A stretch of DNA of 64,000 nt from an uncultured bacterium (GTDB lineage Bacteria > UBP7 > UBA6624), in contig CAXGSM010000006.1 of NCBI GenBank assembly GCA_964012435.1, positions 53-64,052 of the forward strand, in the 5' to 3' direction. This document shows positions 17,650-26,945 of this stretch, one piece after another (within the stretch, counting starts at the first letter, position 1; every line of letters starts with the position of its first letter). Position numbers and translations under genes: made by a program. The notes beneath the pieces are model-generated. The model was not told where the DNA came from. It saw nothing but the letters and a program-made list of their open reading frames with translations, and made no database searches.

Positions 17650-20600
17650 TTATAAGTTTCTTCTGTATTTGCCGCCTACTTTAAATAATGCGTCAGTTAT
17701 TTGGCCAAGGCTAGCATGATTTGATGTTTCCATTAGTTGTTCAAATATATTGCCACCATCCAAGGCAACTTTTTGTAATTTTTTAAGCATTTCAGAGCTT
17801 TTTTTGATATTTTTATTTTCAAATTCTTCAACTCTTTTTACACAATTATCTCTATCTTCATCACGAGATCTTGTTATCTCTTGAGGTATTACTGGTTCTG
17901 TATTTTCGCCAATAAAAGTATTCACCCCAACAACAGGTAATTCACCAGAATGTTTTAAATGTTCATAATGTAAACTTTCTTCCTGTATTTTGCTTCTTTG
18001 ATAACCTAATTCCATAGCACCTAGAACACCGCCTCTTCTATTTATTGATTCGAATTCTTTCAAAACGGCATTTTCAACCAATTCGGTTAGCTCCTCAATG
18101 AAAAAACTGCCCTGCAGAATGTTTTCACATTTGGCTGTCCCAAGTTCTTTGGTGATGATTTGTTGTATAGCCAATGCCCTTCTTACAGACTCTTCTGTCG
18201 GGGTACATATTGCTTCGTCATAGGCGTTTGTATGAAGGCTGTCACACCTATCATAGTAAGCCATTAGAGCCTGTAGCGTAGTTCTTATGTCGTTGAATTG
18301 AATTTCTTGAGCATGCAAGCTTCTTCCTGATGTCTGGATGTGGTATTTTAGTTTTTGTGATCTGATATTTGATCCATATTTTTCTCTTAAAGCAATTGCC
18401 CAAATTCTTCTAGCTACTCTTCCTAAGACTTGATATTCAGGATCTAAACCACAAGAGAAGAAAAAAGATAGGTTTTTTGCAAAATCGTCAATAGACATAC
18501 CTCTAGAGAGATAATATTCAATATAAGTAAAGCCATTTGAAAGCGTGAGGGCAAGTTGGGTGATTGGATTTGCTCCAGCTTCTGCTATATGGTATCCAGA
18601 TATTGAAACAGAATAGAAGTTTTTAACTTTATTGTTCACAAACCATTCCTGCATGTCTCCCATAAGCTTTAGGGAAAACTCAGTGGAAAAGATACAAGTA
18701 TTTTGAGCTTGATCTTCTTTGAAGATGTCAGCTTGAACTGTTCCTCTTACGCTTGAAAATGTTAATTCTTTGATTTTTTTTAATTCTTCTTGGTTCGGAA
18801 TTCTGGAATTTGTTTTTTTGAATTTTTCAACTTGTTGATTGAGAGCTGTATTTAAAAAGAATGCTAATATTGTTGGCGCTGGTCCATTGATTGTCATCGA
18901 AACACTTGTTGCAGGGTCGCAAAGATCAAAACCTTTATAGAGTCTTCCCATATCTTCAACTGTTGCAATAGAAACACCACTTTCTCCAACTTTTCCATAT
19001 ATATCAGGCCTGCTTTCTGGGCTTCTTCCATAAAGCGTAACAGAGTCGAAAGCTGTTGATAGACGATTGTAAGGTTCACTTTCTGCTAACAAGTGGAATC
19101 TTTTATTTGTTTGTTCTGGAGGGCCTTCTCCAGCAAACATCCTTGTTGGGTCTTCTCCACTTCTTCTGAAATCAAAAACACCTTGTGTAAATGGAAATTT
19201 ACCAGGCGTATTTTCAAGAAGTATCCATTTAATTCTATCTGCCCATGATCTGTATTTCGGAATTGAAACTTTAGAAATTTTTGTTCCTGCAAGAGATTCA
19301 GAATGGGTTTTTACACTTATATCTTTCCCTCTTATAGAGTATGTCATTTTTGGTTCATTGTATTTTCTCAAATCGTCATACATTCTTAAAGCATTCAATC
19401 CAATGTCACCTAGTTTTTCTAAAGATTTATTGAAATCCATTTCTAAGCTTTTTTTCTTAGGACTTGGAAATTGAGTGTAATTTTTTGGTATATTTATCTT
19501 ATCTTTTTTCAAAATTAATGAAATTGCCTGAAGCTGCTCGGCTATATCCTCTAATTTAGCTACATTTTTTTTGTAATTATGAACAGTTTCAGATATTTCA
19601 GCCAAATAGCGCTCTCTATTACCTGGAATTAAAACATGTTTTGTTGGCCTAATAGTTTTATTTTTTTGATTTTCTTTTTCTGAGGGTAAGCCAACCAGTG
19701 TTTTTATGGTTTCATAAAGTTCATTTACTCCTGGGTCAGCAAACTGGCTAGCTATTGTGGCAAATACTGGTTGATCATCAAGGTCTCCATGACCTTGATT
19801 TTTCAATCTTCTAACTTGTTTTTGTATATCTCTCAAGGCATCCTCTCCGGCCCGGTGATCATATTTGTTTAACACAATCAGATCAGCAGTATCAAGCATT
19901 TCAATTTTTTCAAGTTGGCTTGGAGCTCCGTATTCGGAGGTCATAACATATATTGAAACGTCAACTATGTCCTCAAGAGGGTTATCTGCTTGTCCTATCC
20001 CTGCAGTTTCAACAAAAATCAAATCAAAATCCTCACTTTTAACAGCATCTATCGCTTTACCAATTATTGATGAAAGTGCCATTCTGCTTCTTGTTGCAAG
20101 AGATCTAAAAAAAACATTACCGCCATAGATTGCATTCATTCTTATTCTGTCTCCAAGAAGTGCTCCCCCAGTTCTTGCCCTCGTTGGATCAGCAGCCAAT
20201 ATAGCAATTTTTTTATCGGATTCACCTCTTGAAAAACGTAAAATTAATTCATCTATTAATGATGATTTTCCAGATCCGCCAGTACCAGTTATGCCTATGA
20301 TTTTTGGATTTTTTTTGGATTTTTTGAAATTGATTTTTTTGTTGTTCTCAACATAGGTTAATTTTCTTGATAGTGATAAATGGTTGTTTGTATTTGGGAT
20401 TGTTAGATCTTCAGGATTTATATCACATAGATCTATAACCTCTTGAATCATTCCAATAAGTCCTTTTGAGGCACCGTCTTCTGGTCTGAATATTTTTGTA
20501 ACACCATTTTTTTCCAATTCATCTGCTTCTTTTGGGAGTATTACGCCACCACCACCACCAAAAATTTTTACATGTTCCAAATTTTCCTCTTTTAGCCTTT

Positions 20601-20838
20601 TTGATAAATATTGGAAATATTCCATATGGCCGCCTTGGTATGAGGATATGGCAACGGCATGAGGATCCTCTTGAATAGCGGACATGACGATTTCTTCAAC
20701 AGATCTGTCATGCCCTAAATGTATAACTTCACATCCAAGCTCTTGCAAAAGCCTTCTAACCATGTTGATTGCTGCATCATGCCCATCAAAGAGACTTGCT
20801 GCAGTAATAATCCTTTTTGGCTTGTTATTGTTTTTCAT
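17650..20838 (-). CDS. icmF: Fused isobutyryl-CoA mutase/GTPase IcmF
   Basis: B12 domain (SLFDGHDAAIN), then MeaI GTPase (GTGGSGKSS, DPT..GGALLGDRIRM, VETAGIGQ, NKYD), then mutase barrel (TRMFAGEG, RGTVQAD, YHIAEAGA, SLHTN). 1062 aa. Confidence 0.96.
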   Translation of the reverse strand: MKNNNKPKRIITAASLFDGHDAAINMVRRLLQELGCEVIHLGHDRSVEEIVMSAIQEDPHAVAISSYQGGHMEYFQYLSKRLKEENLEHVKIFGGGGGVILPKEADELEKNGVTKIFRPEDGASKGLIGMIQEVIDLCDINPEDLTIPNTNNHLSLSRKLTYVENNKKINFKKSKKNPKIIGITGTGGSGKSSLIDELILRFSRGESDKKIAILAADPTRARTGGALLGDRIRMNAIYGGNVFFRSLATRSRMALSSIIGKAIDAVKSEDFDLIFVETAGIGQADNPLEDIVDVSIYVMTSEYGAPSQLEKIEMLDTADLIVLNKYDHRAGEDALRDIQKQVRRLKNQGHGDLDDQPVFATIASQFADPGVNELYETIKTLVGLPSEKENQKNKTIRPTKHVLIPGNRERYLAEISETVHNYKKNVAKLEDIAEQLQAISLILKKDKINIPKNYTQFPSPKKKSLEMDFNKSLEKLGDIGLNALRMYDDLRKYNEPKMTYSIRGKDISVKTHSESLAGTKISKVSIPKYRSWADRIKWILLENTPGKFPFTQGVFDFRRSGEDPTRMFAGEGPPEQTNKRFHLLAESEPYNRLSTAFDSVTLYGRSPESRPDIYGKVGESGVSIATVEDMGRLYKGFDLCDPATSVSMTINGPAPTILAFFLNTALNQQVEKFKKTNSRIPNQEELKKIKELTFSSVRGTVQADIFKEDQAQNTCIFSTEFSLKLMGDMQEWFVNNKVKNFYSVSISGYHIAEAGANPITQLALTLSNGFTYIEYYLSRGMSIDDFAKNLSFFFSCGLDPEYQVLGRVARRIWAIALREKYGSNIRSQKLKYHIQTSGRSLHAQEIQFNDIRTTLQALMAYYDRCDSLHTNAYDEAICTPTEESVRRALAIQQIITKELGTAKCENILQGSFFIEELTELVENAVLKEFESINRRGGVLGAMELGYQRSKIQEESLHYEHLKHSGELPVVGVNTFIGENTEPVIPQEITRSRDEDRDNCVKRVEEFENKNIKKSSEMLKKLQKVALDGGNIFEQLMETSNHASLGQITDALFKVGGKYRRNL

Positions 20839-20860
20839 TATTTGGAATTATATTTCTTTG

Positions 20861-21781
20861 TCATTGGTAAATTTTCACCATGAGTCCTGGCATGTCTATC
20901 GGAGCCCATTCATCAGAAAGAATTGGTGTTTTTTCTGATATTTCAACCTTTTTTAACAAGTATGATAGCCTCAAAAGGTTTGGGTATTTTTGATTTTTTT
21001 GATTTCGAAAACTTTCTATTCGTGCTATGTATTCATTTAAATCCCCACTGAACCCGAACAGTACAACATTAAATGTATCAGCAATCGGTACAGCGAAAAC
21101 GTAATCAAAATTTTCAAGAATGGTTTTCGTTATCATTTGAACATTCAAGGAAGATTTTCCATCTATTGTTCCTATAACGTTATAAGCAATGATCCCATCT
21201 TCTGGCATTGTTTTTTTGATTTCAGAAAAAAATTCTTTTGTAGCAAGATGCCAAGGTATATAAGCTCCATAACGACTTGTACTATAACCATCAATTAAAG
21301 CTGTATCACACTTAGGTGCACCTTTTCTTTTGAACATCTGTCTTCCATCTATGATGTTAATTTCTAGATTTGGATTTTTTGGCATGCCAAAATATTCTTT
21401 TGCGACCATCTCAACCACAGGGTCAATTTCAGCAACAACAATCCTCCCTTCTTTGTATCTGTCAGAAAAGGTTCTAACAGCAGAACCTCCACCTAATCCA
21501 ACCATGCATGAAGTACCTTCTCGACCTTGTAAAACATTAACCAGATGAAAAGATTCAATATAGTCAAAATGCCCCTCCAAAGGTCTGTTTTTTTTCATTA
21601 TGCTTTGTATATAGTCATCAAAAAGAAGATACCTGTGATCACCCTCATCTACAACTGTGATTTGGTGCATGAGCGAATTTGCTTGGTATCTTGTAATTTG
21701 ATAATTACCAGTATTTGGATAATTGAAAGAAAGAACCAGGCAGCAAATGAAAATGTTAATTTTTGAAATTGATTTATTCAT
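20861..21781 (-). CDS. Spermidine synthase-like methyltransferase domain protein
   Basis: Motifs VGLGGGS, AEIDPVV..AKEYF, DGR, IPWHLATKEFF and ILSDEWAP. Confidence 0.85.
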   Translation of the reverse strand: MNKSISKINIFICCLVLSFNYPNTGNYQITRYQANSLMHQITVVDEGDHRYLLFDDYIQSIMKKNRPLEGHFDYIESFHLVNVLQGREGTSCMVGLGGGSAVRTFSDRYKEGRIVVAEIDPVVEMVAKEYFGMPKNPNLEINIIDGRQMFKRKGAPKCDTALIDGYSTSRYGAYIPWHLATKEFFSEIKKTMPEDGIIAYNVIGTIDGKSSLNVQMITKTILENFDYVFAVPIADTFNVVLFGFSGDLNEYIARIESFRNQKNQKYPNLLRLSYLLKKVEISEKTPILSDEWAPIDMPGLMVKIYQ

Positions 21782-22362
21782 GTTTTGATTGTTTTCAAGA
21801 TTGCTATTGATATTAGCCAGGGAATGGAAAGGATGATGGCAATTTCACTTGTATTAAAAGTTGTTATTAGCCAAAAATAAAGCCCCAATACCCCAAGAAT
21901 GCTACCAAGGGTTGAAATTGCTAGAAGAATGCCAGTATGTTCGCCTTTTTTTGTTTTTTCAGAGGGGCATAGTTCAACCAATGTTGGAAAAGCTGTACCC
22001 ATTAGTATTGCAGGTATGAAGAAATTTAAAAAACTGATCAATAACGGTTCCCATTTTGTGGGTTCTTTTTCTAGAAATATTGAAGCAATAAAATCATTAA
22101 TTTCTGGTGAAAATATAACCAGTGTTGATATTGAAAACCATATCAAAGAAGTAATTTTTTTTATCTTGACCGTTGTGTTTTTTGAGGATATCTTTCCTCC
22201 TAAAAAATAACCACATGTCATACCACCTAGGAATACCGAAATTGTTGATGCCCACATTATGGGAGATTGTCCGAAATGTGGTTGCATTAGCCTTGGCCCA
22301 AAAACTTCAAATGACAGCAAACCAAATCCAGTTAGGAAGGTCAGATAATAATATTTATTCAT
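21778..22362 (-). CDS. Membrane protein resembling the N-terminal domain of fused MFS/spermidine synthase proteins
   Basis: About six TM helices. Motifs E..GPRLM.PHFG.S..W...I.VFL.G...GY.LGG, P..LMG..FP and ISTLGSILG. Confidence 0.75.
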   Translation of the reverse strand: MNKYYYLTFLTGFGLLSFEVFGPRLMQPHFGQSPIMWASTISVFLGGMTCGYFLGGKISSKNTTVKIKKITSLIWFSISTLVIFSPEINDFIASIFLEKEPTKWEPLLISFLNFFIPAILMGTAFPTLVELCPSEKTKKGEHTGILLAISTLGSILGVLGLYFWLITTFNTSEIAIILSIPWLISIAILKTIKT

Positions 22363-22738
22363 TTGCTATTTGTTCGATTTTTTTTACTATGTCCTTCAGG
22401 GGTGTTCCTGCATTAAAAATAGCTTTAATGCCCATATTTTTAAGTGATTCAGATTCTTTTTTTGTGATGATGCCACCAAATGTTATAGGTTTATTGATTT
22501 GTCTTTTTTCAAGCTCTTCTATAAGTATTGGTATCAATGCCATATGTGCACCGGAAAGTATCCCAACAGCTATGACATCAACATCCTCTTCAGCAGACAT
22601 AATGGCAATTTCCTCTGGCGTTCTGTGAAGTCCACTGTAAATTGCTTCATGTCCAGCTTCTTTCAGCTCTCTTGCAACAAGAAGCGCACCCCTGTCATGT
22701 CCATCAAGACCGATTTTTGCAATTAGTATTTTAGCCAT
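22355..22738 (-). CDS. Cobalamin-binding small subunit of an acyl-CoA mutase
   Basis: AKIGLDGHDRG (DxHxxG), ILSGAH and FGGII. 127 aa. Confidence 0.92.
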   Translation of the reverse strand: MAKILIAKIGLDGHDRGALLVARELKEAGHEAIYSGLHRTPEEIAIMSAEEDVDVIAVGILSGAHMALIPILIEELEKRQINKPITFGGIITKKESESLKNMGIKAIFNAGTPLKDIVKKIEQIANE

Positions 22739-22747
22739 TTTTAAATT

Positions 22748-23545
22748 CTAAATATCTATCTTGAAATCCAATGGATTTAGCCTCTTTTCTTTTTTTATTT
22801 TTTTGTTTAGTTTTTCAAGAAATAAAGATGTGGCAAAATCTTTTGTTTCAGCAATATCTTTATCTCGTTTGTTCTTTGTTTGAGATTTTTTAATTTTATT
22901 TTCTAGCTTATCGATATTCTTATTTGTTTTTGCCGAAACGTTTAATACCTCTTTTTTCGTTATTGTCTCCATTATTGATTTAAGCCTTTCAGCACCCTCT
23001 CTATCAGATTTATTAATGACTATAAGGTCTGCTTCTTCTAGAAGGCCAGCCTTAACTGCTTGATAAGAGTCACCACTTTCTGGAGAGAGAACAACAATTA
23101 AAAAATCAGCTATACCTCTTAACTCTTGTGAAGTTTGCCCAACTCCAACCGATTCAATGAAAGCTTGTTGAAATTTTTCAGAATTGAAAAGACGCAAAAA
23201 AGGCCAGATTGAAAATGATGTACCTCCATGATGACCCCTAGAAGCAATAGATCTTATGAATGGTTTTTTATTATTGTTTTTTGCCTTAAACCTAGCTCTG
23301 TCTGCAAGAACCGCTCCGCCTGAAATTGAACTCGAAGGATCAATTAACAGAAAAGTTGTTTTGTCATTGCATTTTTCAACAAAATAATTAAGTATTGAAG
23401 ATTTTCCAACACCAGGAGGTCCTGCAAAGACAATAGTTTTTAAATTCCAGTCAGATTTTAATAATTTTGCATAAAGCTCCTTCCAACCTTCTTTTTTATT
23501 TTCAAGAAGTGTTAAATTTTTTGCTATATTTAATCTTTTTTCCAT
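22748..23545 (-). CDS. meaB: MeaB/ArgK-family GTPase (B12 mutase chaperone)
   Basis: Motifs GPPGVGKSS, IDPSS..SGGAVLADR.R, FIRS.ASRG, ESVGVGQ, KAGLLE.AD and INKSD. Confidence 0.9.
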   Translation of the reverse strand: MEKRLNIAKNLTLLENKKEGWKELYAKLLKSDWNLKTIVFAGPPGVGKSSILNYFVEKCNDKTTFLLIDPSSSISGGAVLADRARFKAKNNNKKPFIRSIASRGHHGGTSFSIWPFLRLFNSEKFQQAFIESVGVGQTSQELRGIADFLIVVLSPESGDSYQAVKAGLLEEADLIVINKSDREGAERLKSIMETITKKEVLNVSAKTNKNIDKLENKIKKSQTKNKRDKDIAETKDFATSLFLEKLNKKIKKEKRLNPLDFKIDI

Positions 23546-23547
23546 AA

Positions 23548-24555
23548 TTAATAATTATCAAAAAAGACTATTGAAATCCGTTCTTCTTTCTCACTGTTAG
23601 TTATATTCTTTGAAGTATCCCAATTAATTTCCCAATTTGAACCTAAACCAATGGAATAACGAATAATTTCTCCTTTCGAGAAAGGGTTATTTACGCCAGA
23701 GCTATTTATTGAGCCATCTGAAAAAACAAAAGTTCCTTTGCCCATGCTGCCCCAATTTGGCAAAAGCGCTCCAGCTTCCCAGGCCCCATAGTCAAAACCA
23801 ATTGAAAAACTTTCCTTGACCGGTAGCTCTAACTGTAAAAGATAAGCGTTGTCTCTTTTTTTCGCTAACGGATTGCTTGCACCAAGCCCATTATTGCCAT
23901 CTGATTGAAGATATTCGAGCTTCAAATTAGATTTGCCAAGTTTGTGATTTGTTGATACAAACACTGCTGACCAATCTTCATTCACCCCAAAGGCAGTATT
24001 TGTATCATTATTTGAGGCAGAAGTTATACCAAAGTTTAATTCAGATGTCTTATGGGAGATTTTTATTCTTGTAGAAAATATAGTTATGCCTTTGTCTGTT
24101 TGATCGTTATTTTGTTTTGCCCAGATAAAATCAAGATGTCCTGTTTCAGAAAATAGAGATTCACCTTTGATATAAATACCATCAAAGGAAGAATTATCAC
24201 CATTGTTTTCACCTGAATCAAACAGAAGATTGTTTCCAAAAAAACCACCTGGCATTCTTCCTGTGTACATGAATCCCCAATCTTGCTTCCAGTAAACGTT
24301 GCCTCTTTCTAGTGCGGCATCTTCATTACTGAGGCTTCCAAACTCATCATCCTGAAACGTTCCTAGTATGTTTATTGTTGAATTATCTTTTTCCAGAGAT
24401 GTTCCTATTCGTGTTCTCCATAGGAAGCTTTCGTTGTTGCTTGCGTTGTTTGATGAGATCTTAAGTCCCTCTAACCTTATGTCACCGAAATATTCGTTTG
24501 CATTTAATTGAACTGACAGAAAGGAGATCAAAAAAAGTAAAAGTATTTTTTTCAT
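23548..24555 (-). CDS. Putative outer-membrane beta-barrel porin (paralog B)
   Basis: Signal peptide ending QLNA, alternating beta-strand pattern and terminal aromatic residue (Y). Shares motifs with the neighbouring porin. Confidence 0.7.
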   Translation of the reverse strand: MKKILLLFLISFLSVQLNANEYFGDIRLEGLKISSNNASNNESFLWRTRIGTSLEKDNSTINILGTFQDDEFGSLSNEDAALERGNVYWKQDWGFMYTGRMPGGFFGNNLLFDSGENNGDNSSFDGIYIKGESLFSETGHLDFIWAKQNNDQTDKGITIFSTRIKISHKTSELNFGITSASNNDTNTAFGVNEDWSAVFVSTNHKLGKSNLKLEYLQSDGNNGLGASNPLAKKRDNAYLLQLELPVKESFSIGFDYGAWEAGALLPNWGSMGKGTFVFSDGSINSSGVNNPFSKGEIIRYSIGLGSNWEINWDTSKNITNSEKEERISIVFFDNY

Positions 24556-24570
24556 GATTAGATTATAGGC

Positions 24571-24601
24571 AAAAAAAAAGGGGGGCCAGTTAAGGCCCCC
24601 C
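24571..24601 (-). terminator. Rho-independent terminator after the major porin gene
   Basis: Perfect 8-bp stem GGGGGGCC/GGCCCCCC with a 6-nt loop, followed by T9 on the minus strand. Confidence 0.93.
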
Positions 24602-24636
24602 AGTCGTATTCGTTGTATTAATTACTAACTACTAAC

Positions 24637-25443
24637 TTAGAAAGAAGCAGAGTAATCTACTGACATCCATTCAGCACCGTCGTGGTCTACGTTTGAGAAA
24701 CTCCAGTTTCCACCCCAAGAAAGAGTGAATCTAGTGATCTCATTAGCAGTTCCACCACCGAAACCGCCACCCCATGTGTGAGCATTAGTAGCGTCACCCA
24801 TTTGGATGCTAAGACCTAGGTCATCATTGATTCCATAACCCAAAGTCATGTTTGTGCCGTCAAGACCGTTGTCGTCCATCCATTCGATGTCCAAGCTTGC
24901 TGCGCCACCAAGATCCATGGAAGCAGAAATCCACATTGAGTCGCCGTTACCGTTATCAACAGTACCGAGAGTCATGCCCCAACCGACCATGTCGCTTAGG
25001 TCTGTAGACATACCAGTGTTACCAGCTCTGTCATCCCAGATGTTTAGTGCCCAACCGCCTACGTTACCAAGGGAGATGTGGTGACCGTTGAAAGTACCAT
25101 TCATACCCATGTTGTAAGCCATGTCGTCACATGCCATGCTGTTTCCTATCATGCCACAAGGCATAATACCTGTGTGCCAAGTACCCCAAGAGTTGTTCCA
25201 ACCAGTGTAAGCGTGGTTCAAAGCTGCGCTTGTTCCCGCACCGTTTCCTTGGTCGTCCCAGCTCAAATTCCAACCCCAAGCTGCGCTGAAGTTGTCAGAG
25301 ATGTCTGCACCGTCAGACCAAGTCATGTCAGTGCTAATACCATCATTAGCTCCGTCATCCCAGTGTCTAACTCTAATGTCGCCCGCGTTTAGCGCGCTAG
25401 TTGCTACAAAAAGAATTGCAGCAAAAATTGCCAATTTTTTCAT
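24637..25443 (-). CDS. Putative major outer-membrane porin (paralog A), likely highly expressed
   Basis: Signal peptide ending ALNA, G/N/D/W-rich strands and C-terminal VDYSASF. GGAGGTT RBS, its own terminator, and C-ending codon preference (AAC, GAC, TTC). Confidence 0.8.
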   Translation of the reverse strand: MKKLAIFAAILFVATSALNAGDIRVRHWDDGANDGISTDMTWSDGADISDNFSAAWGWNLSWDDQGNGAGTSAALNHAYTGWNNSWGTWHTGIMPCGMIGNSMACDDMAYNMGMNGTFNGHHISLGNVGGWALNIWDDRAGNTGMSTDLSDMVGWGMTLGTVDNGNGDSMWISASMDLGGAASLDIEWMDDNGLDGTNMTLGYGINDDLGLSIQMGDATNAHTWGGGFGGGTANEITRFTLSWGGNWSFSNVDHDGAEWMSVDYSASF

Positions 25444-25467
25444 TACGTTTAACCTCCGTAATCATAA

Positions 25468-25528
25468 ATTTGTAGTGAGAGTTACCTATGTTTCCTCTGC
25501 ACCACATTAAGCTAATTCTACTACAAAT
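25468..25528. repeat. Inverted repeat upstream of porin A
   Basis: ATTTGTAGT (25468-76) and ACTACAAAT (25520-28) form a perfect 9-bp inverted repeat. It extends inward by 7 imperfect bp after a 1-nt bulge. Confidence 0.6.
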
Positions 25529-25655
25529 CTGAGAAAAGTAAAAAAAAGACCAAAAATCTGTATATTTTATTTTTTATATAAAAATAAAGAATATTCAAAA
25601 AAAAAGATATTTTTGCGATTTTTTTAGTGTTTTTAGGTGTGTTGATGATATTCTT

Positions 25656-26945
25656 TTATTCGTGTCTCAATGCATCAACTGGAGGCATTTCAGATGCTCT
25701 TTTGGCAGGCCACCACCCAAAGATCACACCAACGGTTGCAGCAACTGAAAATGCAACAACAACCCCAACACCAGATATTGCTGTTGACCATCCTGCATAA
25801 GATGAAACGGCTTTTGACAATGCGTAGCCTAGAAAAATTCCGACTGCTCCACCCAGAACGGATATCAAGAAGCTTTCGGAAAGAAATTGAGCCTGAATAT
25901 CTTTTTTCCTAGCGCCTAAGGCACGTCTTATGCCTATCTCTCTTGTTCTCTGTATTACTGTCGCAAGTGATATATTCATTATTCCTATACCACCAACAAT
26001 AAGACTTATGCTTGCAATCAAACCCATTACAACAGAAAAAATTCTTTGAAGCTCTTGTTGTTGAGCAAGTAGCTCCTCAGGAACGATTACTTCAAATGCG
26101 CCAGCTGGATGAGCTATTGATACAATTTTTTCAACTATAGAACCCCATTGGACGGGGTTTTCGCCACTTTTCAATCTCAAGATTATTTCATTCAGCCCAA
26201 CAGGATATTCTGACGTTCCAATTGCCATCGTTGTAACGGGTATGTACACATCTTTGCCAGTGTCTCTGATTTGAACAAGCGTTACACCAGACCAGTCTTT
26301 AGGTGACACGACTCCAATGATGGTGTAAGGAACATTATCTATTCTTACTATATTGCCTATGGCTTGCCCTGTGCCAAAAACTAAACCTCTCGTTTTTGGG
26401 CCTATAACAGCAACTTTATTTCTTGATTCAATATCTAGTGAATCAAAAAATCTCCCTTCTTGAAGTTTTAATCCTTGGATTTTCAAATAATCTGAAGTTG
26501 TTCCAACAACAGTTACAGAAATGTCACCAAAACTTCCTGGCAAAGATACTTCTTTCGTTCTCTCACTTGCAGCTGCATCTATTCCTTCAAGGCCCTTTAC
26601 CGCTTCAAGGTCTTTCATGTCTAAAGGTCTTGCAGGGCCACCACTGCCCATTGATCCTGAAAGGCCTGAAAAACCCCACCATCCTCTAGTTTGAACATAA
26701 ACACCCGAAGTTCCTACACCATTACTTGTTGAGTTTGCTTGAGCATCAGATTCCCTGACCCTTATCGTTCCTGCTCCCAGTACTTCTAGCTGTGAAACAG
26801 CTTCTCTTTTTGCACCTTCTGAAATTGCTAATATGGCTATAACCGCCCCAACTCCAAAAACAATTCCAAGTGCCGTCAAAAAAGACCTGAATGGTTGCAG
26901 TGTTATTTCTGCCCATGCTTCACGCAATAGATTTAAGATTTTCAT
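25656..26945 (-). CDS. MacB/FtsX-family ABC transporter permease
   Basis: Motifs RSFLTALGIVFGVGAVI, ISLIVGGIGIMNI, RTREIGIRRALGA and PVDALRHE. Confidence 0.95.
   Translation of the reverse strand: MKILNLLREAWAEITLQPFRSFLTALGIVFGVGAVIAILAISEGAKREAVSQLEVLGAGTIRVRESDAQANSTSNGVGTSGVYVQTRGWWGFSGLSGSMGSGGPARPLDMKDLEAVKGLEGIDAAASERTKEVSLPGSFGDISVTVVGTTSDYLKIQGLKLQEGRFFDSLDIESRNKVAVIGPKTRGLVFGTGQAIGNIVRIDNVPYTIIGVVSPKDWSGVTLVQIRDTGKDVYIPVTTMAIGTSEYPVGLNEIILRLKSGENPVQWGSIVEKIVSIAHPAGAFEVIVPEELLAQQQELQRIFSVVMGLIASISLIVGGIGIMNISLATVIQRTREIGIRRALGARKKDIQAQFLSESFLISVLGGAVGIFLGYALSKAVSSYAGWSTAISGVGVVVAFSVAATVGVIFGWWPAKRASEMPPVDALRHE

Noticed and set aside
24637-25443. GC-richer stretch as a horizontally acquired island or RNA gene
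   Set aside because: The shift coincides exactly with one ORF, fits high-expression codon bias and Gly/Ala/Trp content, and has a native-looking paralog next door with no mobility genes.
24848-25510. Plus-strand ORFs antisense to porin A
   Set aside because: Shadow frames caused by codon bias, with no RBS or recognisable motifs.
25531-25655. AT-rich gap as an origin, CRISPR leader or ncRNA
   Set aside because: No DnaA-box cluster, direct-repeat array or stable structure was seen. It is more simply the upstream promoter region of the porin.
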